A DNA stretch of 64,000 nucleotides from Pocillopora damicornis (taxonomy: Eukaryota), in contig NW_020846526.1 of NCBI RefSeq assembly GCF_003704095.1, positions 1 to 64,000 on the forward strand. The letters are read 5' to 3'. The notes below the pieces were generated by a model, which was not told the origin of the DNA, ran no database searches, and saw nothing but the letters and a program-made list of their open reading frames with translations. This document shows positions 1 through 10,700 of the stretch, piece by piece (position 1 is the first letter of the stretch; every line of letters starts with the position of its first letter). A program made the translations under genes and the position numbers.

Positions 1-394
1 AAAACTCCATTCATATGATATAGACATAAGTATATTTTAGCTTCTTTATGCAGTCACCTACCTAAATACCTCTATAAAATTTGACGACTTTTTACAAACA
101 TTTCATAGCCGAGAGCTACTGTACGCTACTGTCATTTTGGAGGCTATTGTGTTCCTAAAATTAATTTGATCATGTGTACATCGTTTCTGTGGTGGTAATG
201 CATTAAAACGTGCATCAAAAAACGTACCTCATAGCATGCATCTACCTAGGTACTTGGTAAACTCTAATAAGGACAGACTCTATAGCTTGTAGCCCTATGC
301 ATGTACCAGTCGTTTAAGGAAACCTTATGCTTTAAGTTTATTAGAAGACTGGGCTGTTTCTTCTTGTGGCAGCAGTGAATGAATATTTCATTCT

Positions 395-1114
395 CTAATG
401 ATGACACAGACTCTTAACCGCTTGAATTTCATGAAGGGCCTTCTGTAACGCAGATGCATAGTGCTCCTCAAGATTTGCTGTATGAGGGCCCTCAAAAGCC
501 TGAAAGATCAACGAGAGAATCTCAAACAACTTTCCAGACTTGGCAGACCTGGATGCATCAGAGTCTTTCAGTGGGTCTGTTTCATGTTTGGCAATTCCAG
601 ACTGAATTAAGGGGTTTGTTACCACCGTTTGTGTGTCTTGGTAGAATCCGTCACCAAAGAAAGGTAGATTGGGAACAGTAGAAGAGCCTGGATGCACCTG
701 TTGTATGCAAGGTTGTGTTTGATTTCCAAGCACTCGGATCCCTTGGCTGAAACATGGTCTTAGTATGGCGCCTAACTGACTGGGAGAAGAATCATTTTGT
801 TCATAGAGGAATGACCGGTCAGTGTGGGTGTTACTGGGAAACTGATCCAGAATCCCCAAGCTTTGAAGGTCTCTCCACCATTGCTCCATATCTCCATTTG
901 CGGCGACGCTGTTCATTTTACAGTCAGCTGCATTTTTCAGGCTCGTATCCGTAGTTGCCTTAGAATTTTCAGCTCTTTTGCAGTCAGTGCTTTTCTTGAT
1001 AAGGTTACCAAGCTTTGAGTTGATGCACATTGGGAGTACACAGTCTGAATTTGAGCAATGAACACCATTCTCTGTAATTGTGTGGTTGGGATCTTTCAGC
1101 ATTGCTAAGGACAT
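395..1114 (-). CDS. Uncharacterised 239-aa protein with a single TAZ-zinc-finger-like Cys/His knuckle near the N-terminus
   Basis: 720-nt stop-free ORF in AT-rich DNA. The ATG has an AAAAATG context and lies 14 nt after a good acceptor (ctttccttaccagttttgttcag, AG at 1130-1129). HCSNSDCVLPMCINSK matches the H-C-x4-C-x2-P-x-C-x-N-x-K spacing of the last CBP/p300 TAZ2 zinc site. A possible upstream non-coding exon donor (CAG|gtaat) lies at 2822. Confidence 0.6.
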   Translation of the reverse strand: MSLAMLKDPNHTITENGVHCSNSDCVLPMCINSKLGNLIKKSTDCKRAENSKATTDTSLKNAADCKMNSVAANGDMEQWWRDLQSLGILDQFPSNTHTDRSFLYEQNDSSPSQLGAILRPCFSQGIRVLGNQTQPCIQQVHPGSSTVPNLPFFGDGFYQDTQTVVTNPLIQSGIAKHETDPLKDSDASRSAKSGKLFEILSLIFQAFEGPHTANLEEHYASALQKALHEIQAVKSLCHH

Positions 1115-2029
1115 TTTTATTCCGCGATCTGAACAAAACTGGTAAGGAAAGTCATCGCAAAGAGTCGTTAATCAAGATTTTTACGGATCAGCGTGTTTTG
1201 AGCCAATTCTACAGCTGCCTAAGGTAAGAAGCATGGTCGCAAATTGGGTGGAGAATAACTTTCTACCACAAAGTCTGCAGGCAAATGGTCATTTTTTTCC
1301 ATGGCGTGATTTTCGATTGAGAACGAAGCACAAATTTCGGAATGCATTTCGCTTGCTTTATTAAATTATGGCAGAGTACTAGCAATGAGCTCTGTTATCA
1401 ACCTGGTAATTCGCGACTTTTGTTGGCTGTGTGAACTTCACTGTCAATGCATTAAAATGAATAAGCCTATTTACGTGTTTTAATGACACCTCTTTGAAAT
1501 TGGCCCACGTTTTCTGCCAACTTTTAATTTGCTCCTCTCTAATTTGTAGATTTTTAAAAAAATATTGATATTTTAAAATATCCATTTTTCAGTAGAGCAG
1601 AGGTTCTAAAATGCTCCCTGATAAAGCAAAAATCAAAATATGTTGATAAGTATTTATGATTCTAATCCCTGAAGTCGAGGCATGCATAGCTTTAATTTAC
1701 AGAAACACGAAACTTCTTCATCCATCAAATCTTGTGACTTCTTTACGAATGCTTGACTTTTTCTAGAACCAGTACCTTATGAAGGTCGTGCAGGATACAA
1801 AATTTGATCGATGTGTGTTCACTAGGCTTCATATCGTTGTTTATGTGGTACAAGTGAAGCAAACGGTAACAATAGTGAAATAATGAAAACAGTTTTCTTT
1901 ACTATAGCTATTGAGCCTTCAGAAAAATTGAAACGTTCCTTCGTAACACTTTCACGAGTCGTGGTTTACAGAAACAAACGATACTTACTTTCAATGTATG
2001 GACAACGTAAAGATTATTTTCGTTTTCGA

Positions 2030-2480
2030 GTAGCAATCATTGGTATTTTACCAGACAATACAATTCCTTTTACATCCCCTCTTGCAGAACAAATATCAAA
2101 CATTTTGTGTTATGTTTCCAAGGACTTAAATTTTTCAATTCTCTGAATATAGAAATCCAAAACATGGGCACACTTTCCCTGTTTAAGTCTAAGTTGCGAA
2201 CATTACTCCTAAGTTGGCTCCTTTGTTGTTCTTCTTTATTTATTTATTCTTTTTTATTATTATTGTTTTTTTTCTTACTTTTCTCACCCTGCTTAAGTAA
2301 ATGTTTGTTTGAGTGCCTACTGTTGTTGCTATTGTTTTATGTGTGTACGATCTTTCCTTTTCAACCTTAAATATTTTGTACATAAATCACGCCATAAAAC
2401 TGATACCTCACTTTTGAAAAAATATGAGGAGCCTGTAGCTCGCATAAGCTTCTTAATTTCCCTAGGGGTTTCCTCGCCCC
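2030..2480 (+). mobile_element. 5'-truncated LINE remnant (CR1/L2-group ORF2 C-terminus plus 3' UTR)
   Basis: The frame from about 2030 reads NHWYFTRQYNSFYIPSCRTNIKHFVLCFQGLKFFNSLNIEIQNMGTLSLFKSKLRTLLLS. This fits the HxYxTR...PxxRT...GxxxWNSL...SLxxFKxKL tail of CR1/L2-group reverse transcriptases. It is followed by a T-rich UTR and an imperfect GAGGAGCC...GGTTTCCTC stem. Confidence 0.7.
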
Positions 2481-3138
2481 ATGCTAAATCTTTAGCCATA
2501 TCATATTAATACTGAAGATGACTAAAGTTTGCACGTAAGTTATGCCGTCTTTATCATTTGGTTTCGTTTAGTGGTAATCTACTCTTGCATGCTCTCTATT
2601 TTCCTTCTTCGGCATTCACACAATCGTTATTTCCCAGGCAGACAAAGCCTTTCTTTTCTTTACTTCGACTGCCAAGCTATGGAATTCTATTAACTCACGT
2701 TTCACTGTAATCTGCCTTACATTATAACGTTGTCAGTCACGTCTTTGAACTCTTGCGGTTATGGATATGATTTTTAATATTTTTGTCAAGGGGAGGTCGT
2801 TGAGTAATAATCTCAGTATTACCTGAACGCTGTCACCGCCGGCGAAAAACCCTACAGACCTGAAAATTGGGTAAATTTTATTTTTATCAATATTCTAAAA
2901 TAGCCCACTCTCTTGGATTTTGGTGGCGTGAGAGAGAAAATTACCAATTGGCCAGCGTAAAGATTTTCGAAACTTCGACTTCAATACGTATCCAATTTCA
3001 CCGCTATTAAGCTGTTTTTTTTTCAGCCTGTGAAAAACAAATTATGTTTTCTCGTTTATAAAATTCTATTTTACGCCTCGGTGGACGTTTAGATAAAGGT
3101 CAAAAACCTTTGCTGGGTACTGGTGTTTGACTGGATGT

Positions 3139-3255
3139 AATAAACGACAATCAAGTTGCCGTTCTGCTCTCTGTTCCCGCATCTTGCCCTCAAATAAATA
3201 AACAACAAGCAAGTTGCCGTTCTGCTCTCTGCTCCCGCATCCTGCCCTCAAATAA
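3139..3255. repeat. Two-copy 58-bp tandem repeat
   Basis: CAAGTTGCCGTTCTGCTCTCTG(T/C)TCCCGCATC(T/C)TGCCCTCAAATAA starts at 3152 and again at 3210. Confidence 0.9.
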
Positions 3256-6033
3256 TCTCGCTTCTCGCTCTCTCCCGCCACCTGTTTTTCTGGACTTACG
3301 CCCTCCTGTAACTCTCCACATATTTGCAAATGAAATAGCATGATGTGATAAACGTTATTTTCATATGCTCGATGTTGGCTGAATGATTTAACATCGGATG
3401 TATAGCCAAGTAAATTATGCGGTTATGTGCTGCAGGCTAACTGGAAGTTGAACCGGAGAGGTTGGACAAATTCACAAAAATCCTGCGAACGGGGCCATCG
3501 GAATGGGGAAAGGCAAAAAAAATTGTGCTTTAAAATTTCGTTTGTGAAACATGGTATTGATGGTCCATACTACATCAGTGTATCCGCTCTGAACTTTGAA
3601 TTTACAATGAGGTGTCCTTTTCCACTGTCCTAACTCGCCGAGGGAATAAGTCNNNNNNNNNNNNNNNNNNNNNNNNNNNNNNNNNNNNNNNNNNNNNNNN
3701 NNNNNNNNNNNNNNNNNNNNNNNNNNNNNNNNNNNNNNNNNNNNNNNNNNNNAAAGGAGGACGACAAAATTACAGACAATCAGAGAGGCCGTTGTTTATA
3801 TTCAGAAACTCCAGGAGACCTTGACTGGAATCCGCCGCATCTGAGCGGAAGATGGTAAACATTGAGCAAGGTTCAAGTTTAAAATATTTCTTTAACAACT
3901 TTGTAAACAAAGTTAAATCATTAAGATTATTTGATATTTGTAAAGCAATTATCCTATTAATAGTGTAAAGTTGTAATATGCATGTTATTTTTTTAGTGAC
4001 CTTCAGTTACACTCAGATGTCCGTAAGTTTATGTTATGCCAACACGCATTAACAATTTAACCAAGGAAAAACGCTTTTGAGTTCAAAGCAAAGTTAAAAG
4101 AGCGTGGTTCTTACTCAGTCAGTACTTACTTAAAAATTACTTTGTACACGGATTACCACAACACAAGCTAAAAGCAGATATACATAGTCTTTAGAGTTGA
4201 CAGGAGTTACTCCTAACGCAATATGTTGAAAAAATGTTAACGTGTCAAAAATCAAGGGGATTCCGTAAAACGAAGATGGGAACGGCGGACTGCAAACGGC
4301 GGACTGCGAATAGTGGACGGAACAATAAAATTAAAATAAAAAATACAGTACCAAAAATTACGTCATTATAAGCAGAAACATCTTCGTATCACTGTTAGAA
4401 ATTTGTTGGAAAAGTTCGGAAAGGGTCGAAAATTGTTTAAGTGTTCTAAATTTTATACTCCACACACTCAAGTATTTAATTCTGCATCTTTCTATGTATA
4501 CAAACTTTCCGAGCTTTTTCAGACTGATTTCTGGCAGTAATCCCGAAGATATTTCGTCTTATGGTGACCTAGATTTAAATAATTCATCTCTGATGTTGTC
4601 TCTGTTTTCCACCGTCCGCCATCCGCTGTCCTCGCTCGATAAACTTGTAAACGGTTTGCCAGTACTTGTAACTTTATTCCAAATTTTTTTCTATTTTTGA
4701 TTTCTTGTGCTACGGTTTTCTCATTGGCAGAGAGCATTCTTTAAGTAGATTTTCCACGAGAGTGGCATTTTTTAAAAGATTTATAAACAAAATACTTTAT
4801 CTAATTTATTTTCAATTTTTAATTCCAGTAAAGTGGCCTTGCGTGACATCCAGCAAATTTGGTACTGGCGGCTTTGATTTCTCAGCTTATTCCAGTTTAA
4901 TTTCATTCACATTTTCCCTAAAAATGAGCAAACTCAAAGCCAAGTTGGCTTTAAGAATCATAGCTATTAAATGCTTTGTTTTTCAAAAAGCACGGTGTTG
5001 TTCAGTAGTTCTCTATATCTTTGTACACTACAGTGGTAAACCTTTCCAGTTTGTTGACTCTATATCAAAAAGATCTTAAAAGCTTTTGGTGGAAATTCTA
5101 AATAACAGTGACAGCCAACGAAAAACATCCTTTAAAAATCATCAGTTTTGTTACGCATCCTAACGTCAAAAAATTAAACAAAATCTATTTTACCAACCTA
5201 CCCCACCCATACTTACAGATCGCCATTCATTCAATGATGAGTGACAAGGTATGTTGCGTGACAACAGCTTTCTCTAAATTTGTATGCAGCTCCACAAACT
5301 CTCCTTCCATTACAAGTTTTTGACTACAGTACCAAGTTCGAAATAAATATTCCACTTGATTAAATTTTTAAACTTTCCGCTATAAGGTGTTGTAAGTTTT
5401 CTGTTACAAGCTTCAAAGAAGTTGAATTAGTTTATTTATTTAAAGGATTAAATAAGCACAAATCTATTGTCTTGATAACTAAAGATAATTGAAAAAAAAA
5501 AAGACAGATACATGAGAGTCCATGCATTTTTATCTGAAACTCATCGTTCGCTTACAAACGTCTCGCAAACTTGGAAGAAGCTTTACTGCTTACTTAAAGT
5601 AAGCTTCATGCTAAATAGACGTCAATTAAAATCATTCGTTTTCTCTGTTATCACTACAATCAAAAGCAACAGGTTGTCATTTGAACCATTTTTAAGCCGT
5701 TCAATACTTACGGATTTAATTAGAAGAAAGAGAAACAACAGCTCAGCACCATTGCTTCTTCTATCTTGGTTGTATCCTTTAAAAGAGTAATGGCAAAATA
5801 CATTGCGTAACTTGCATGGTGTTTAAAAGGCAACCCGAGAACAAGTCATTTATACCACCACTAAACGACATGAACAGTGCAGGGAATAAGGAATAAGAAG
5901 GAACGCACATACCTTGTTTTAACTGTCCCTTAAAGATCATCTACACATGTGGCTGAAAAGGGAGCGCGAATGAAAGAAAACGCTGGCTGCGAGAATTCGT
6001 TCCCAGTGTGCATTTGAAGATATCGCTGCGAGG

Positions 6034-6106
6034 TTATTCGGAATACATTATTATTCGGAATATATTATTATTAGGAATATATTATTATTCGGAAGTTCCG
6101 AATAAT
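6034..6106. repeat. 17-bp minisatellite (about 3.6 copies) ending in a perfect palindrome
   Basis: TTATTCGGAATA(C/T)ATTA units at 6034, 6051, 6068 and 6085; ATTATTCGGAA-G-TTCCGAATAAT at 6084-6106. Confidence 0.9.
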
Positions 6107-6664
6107 TACACAACAGTGCGTTGCTCAGTTCAGTTGCTGTGCTGACTCCCTCCATCCCTCAGGTTGGCGCCACGCGCCAACAGAAGAATCTGTCGTATGC
6201 ACGTAGGCCCTACAGAAAATAATTTCCCACGATCGCCTTTGAGAAAAAATTTTGAAAGAACATGATCGAAAACCGTTGTTCAATCGAATTTTCTCGTAAT
6301 CCTTACGTCCTGGTCTCATGAAATATTGAGAAAATTCACTGAAGCCCTCGTTTCATGAAATTGTCTGTTTGTTCTCTGTTTTCTACCGTAAAAGAACGCA
6401 AAAAAATGGCAAAGGGTGCGTTCCTTTGGGAGGATCCGGATTTGGATTTGTGATCCGAGATTACACAGATCATGTTGCACGAAAGGATCAGAGTTTAAGA
6501 CGAGCTCTCAGAGGATTCCAAAAAGTGCGCTATTTTAAGACGTGCGTCTACACGTGGGTTACTGAGCTCTTCCCTGAATGGCTCGTCTAACTGCACGGGC
6601 TTTTAGCGCGCACTATTCATTAAAAAGTACATTTTTCCGTGGTAAACTCAAACGATGGAATTAA

Positions 6665-7440
6665 GGGCCTGTTTACATGTAGGTGGGGGACCCCAGGTAG
6701 GTGAGGTAACGCGCGTAAGTTGGGTAACCTGCCTGTCCATATAATTTCTTATTTTATTTTGATCACGTTTACATGATAGGTGGGGTGACCCGCCCAGATG
6801 GGTTGCCAGGTCTGCCAGGTAGGGTAACCCTGTTAGCCGGGGAAACGTGTCAAGGTGGGGTAACCTGCCTAGCCGGGGTCGCGTTCATGGCAAAAAGTTC
6901 AAAAGCGAAACATGTATGTTTTAAAACTTTGTAAATTTCCCAGCCGTCTCATGGCAGAAATCACCGGAAAACGCAACGGACACACAAGGAGTGTAAAATG
7001 TTCACATTTCGGAATATTTAACGTTGTAAATCGACCTTATTTGGTTTCCCAAACTATTCCGTATAACGTATTAAGTCAACGGTTCCTCGCGAAACCAAAC
7101 ACCGCGTTACACAACGCGTGAAAAAATACATACATGTTCGAGAATTAATCTTTCGTCTTTTTCGAGGTAGGAGGTAGGGGACCCCAGGTAGGCGAGGTAA
7201 CCTGCCTAGCCATGGTCGAAAAATAAAACGCGTTTACATGCAATCTTACAACCCCAGGGTGCTGGGGTGAGGTTTCTTGAGGTTGTTGTTGCGCTTGCAA
7301 TTAAGGAGTTTGAACAGAGGCGTCCTAAGCTCACATCTTGAATAAGACGAAAGATTAACTCTCGGACACATACGTATTTATTCATGAAAGCGTCACGCGT
7401 TGTGTTTGGTTTCGCGAGAAACCGTTGACTTAATACGTTT
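6665..7440. mobile_element. Rearranged non-autonomous DNA transposon (PIF/Harbinger-like end)
   Basis: Begins TAA|GGGCCTGTTTACATG. The GC-rich subterminal motif GGGGACCCCAGGTAGG(T/C)GAGGTAAC occurs at about 6686 and again at about 7177. An internal inverted repeat of about 100 bp pairs 7065-7165 with 7336-7439. Confidence 0.65.
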
Positions 7441-7728
7441 ACATATTTGACGTTGAAAGTTCGATATGCGATCATTAACAAGAAGAGATAACAATTCTAA
7501 GAATTGTTTTTCTGTTGTTGAAAACTCATTTAAATTCTTCTTCACTTGAACTTGCGAACTAGTACTTCGTTAAGAGATTCAAGGAACTCCCAGTCATGTT
7601 TCACACAATCTCATTTATTTGGTTTTTACTTCACAACGCTGGCTCCAAACAACTAGTCACTTTAAAGCCGAGTAAATTCAAATGCATCAGATGACCTGCT
7701 GATGTAACTTTTCGCTTATCAAACCATA

Positions 7729-10700
7729 TCACCCTCTTTTCACGTGTTTATTCATTCTGTGGGTCTCCAATGCTTGTACAGCTTCGTCTGATTGGGTACC
7801 AGCCCTCCTATTCTCATACACATTCCTTCTACTCGCACAAGCGTCCGTCCACCGGTTCAATAATTTGATGTCCTCAATGTCTTCAATAAACTCGTCAATG
7901 TAGAGGTCATTGAACCTTAGACTCATCAGGGTGATGCACTTGTCTAACTCCTTTAAAGGAGGACCCTGGGTCTTGCCATTGGTTCTTTCGCTCCTACCGA
8001 TGTCGTTGTTGTTGTTACCCAGTTCAACAGAATCGTTTTCGTTTTCCCAGTGCACCTTTTTCTTCCTGTTATTGCCCGGTCCGGTATGAGGTGGTTTCCC
8101 GTCTCCTATGCAATGTAGTATCTCCTTGATTTTCCTCATCATAAATTTCCCAAAGCTAAATCTTCCTTTGGAGAACTGCGTAACGGTTCGGTTATTATAA
8201 ATAAGAATGGAAATGAAGATGTTAACCCATATCACTTGCAGACATATGTTGAAAACTATGAAGAAAATAGGACCAATGACATCATGAAAATCTTGGAGAT
8301 ATTTAGCCCCGTCGCTTAAGACTCCCTGGATGAGAAGGGACCGGAAAGCACTAGAGAGCGAGGAATACTCCTCCACCTCCCTTCCAAATTGAATGAATCC
8401 CAAATGAGTAAAGGCGAACATGAAGACGTAAAATCCTACTGAGCAGTTTACGAGTTCCAGGAAAGACGCCTTCGTGACATCAGACAAACGTTTACCATGA
8501 CCATTAAATCTGAACAGATATAGCAACTTCAAAGTGTTGAAAAACATTAATAAAGCCAAAAATGCTGTCTCCATATCATCGAGTAAAACGGTTCTGTCAA
8601 AGCTTATAAACTGGAAGACATTTTCATGAAGTTTAGTCGAGTTAACAGAGAGTTCTACCTCTTTAAAGATATGAGCGACTGCAAAGGAAATTGCTGCAAA
8701 GATCTGAACCACTTCAATGCAATTCATAAATCGACGGAAGTAGTGTTTTGTTTGTTGAATCATCTCTTTGGTTTCTTTGAAGACGAAGTAAACAATAAAC
8801 AACACGAACAATATCTGACAAACAAGATGAGCGACACTGTAGCCAGCTCCAATGTTGTACACGTGAAGAGGGTGAATCATGTGACCAGAAGCCACATAGC
8901 CAGATGGTGAGAACTCCACCGGTATCCAAACTGCACTAAACAGACTGACATGAGGGTTGAAAACTACAAATTCAATCAATACAGTACTAGTGTACTTGTC
9001 AAACCAGTTTAACATGTTCAGCTCAGAAATGACTTTCGTGGCAGACTTTCTGTCGTAGCCTAGCTCTGCTAGGTAACCACCCTGACTATAAAGAGGATTA
9101 AGTCTTCCCCAAAAGGGAAAGCTTTCGGTTTGCTCTGCTGTGGAATAACGCCAGGGCTTTGGGCAGACCTTGTTCAATGTTTCAGTTGATGAATTCAGTG
9201 ACGATAAAAGTGGAAGCCATCCTGGCTGATATAAATCCGTTTTATCTTCAGCTTCTAGTGAATATGACGCGATGCAAGAGTTGAATAGAGATTTCGCTTC
9301 CTTAACGACATGACATGAATCTAAAAGAAAGTAAAAGTCAAAAAGTAAATCTTTAACGGTTTACAGCATTTTACTGCCAGTCATCCTGCTGAAATATAAT
9401 ACACATATATGTATTTTCACCTTTCTTCACTCTTAGCTGTCTAAGGCGGGGCATCCCAACAAGGACTACATCACCTTCTCCAGTGAACGTAGTAGAATTT
9501 GAAAAAGCCAAGTCCTCACCGTCCTGGTAAATTCCTGGTAACAAAACGTCTTGAAGCCACTGCCACATGTTCTCGAGAGTCAAGATCTAACGAAGCAATG
9601 CAGTGTTAAAAAAATAATCTACATAACTGGAAATTCAAAGAAAATCAATCAGTTCAGTGTACAGTTATTATGAACTCATTTCCTTCCTGGTAGTCAACAC
9701 AAAGATACTATAAGTTGACAGCGATTCAATTTTTACCACATTTCGCCTTAAAATTGAAAATGCAAGCATGCTCACAATAGTACAGTAGATAAATGAAGGG
9801 AGGCTTGAACATACCTCATTCACCTCTCCAAATTTTTGCTCTAGTGAAAATTTCAGAGAATAACTGTACTGACTCCGACCTCCATAACACATGATCATCA
9901 GTATCAAAAGGTATAGAAAATAGCAGACTATCTTCTGTATCGCCTTATACACACGCAGTTCTCGCATTCGATAGATCCTCGCACGGCGCAATTCTTTCTT
10001 GCTCAGGGGCTTTGGTGAGACAATTTTTTCGTCGTTTTCATCCTCCTTTTGGCCTTCGGCAAAGATAACTTCATCAAAATGTACGACCGTCCTGGGAGTT
10101 TGAGCAAGTTCATCAGCATCCGACTGACAAAAGAACGACAAAAATAAAGCCACGACGACGATCTTTACAGGTTCGGTAACAAATATTTCCAAAAACAAGG
10201 ACATAACAATGGAGATAAGCCATTCCTCGCTTGTCTCTTTACCCCAATGTAAACTATATATAATAATAAAAGTTGCTGATGCAGCTGAAGAGATGAAACA
10301 CAGAAACCAGGCCAAGTAAACAAAGCAATACGGTAGAGTCATGCGAAGGCCTCTTCGGTATCGATGTTTCTCGGTAACCTTGTGGATGCTGAACCTTTCT
10401 CTAACCTTGTATCTTTGTTGACGTTGCCCTGGTGTGTCGACATTGGTTGCCACGTGACTGAAGATTCCTACTATTATCAAATTTATGGGCAAAACTACAA
10501 CAATGCTCTCCAATGCAATAATTAGTTGTCGCAAATTTAGGACTAGAGGGCCCATCCTAAATGTGCGCTGTTGCTGAACGTGCCCAGGAACAAACTGATA
10601 AAACATGGCACTGGCCAACATTGTGGTCAACAGAAGTGACAGGCAGCACGACAAACGCTGCACGCGAGTGAAGCGTCTACTCGGTGGTCTGGTTGCGACA

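Noticed and set aside
4257-4632. GGCGGAC/GTCCGCC motif clusters in opposite orientation
   Set aside because: Probably old transposon subtermini, but no clear TIR or TSD could be defined.
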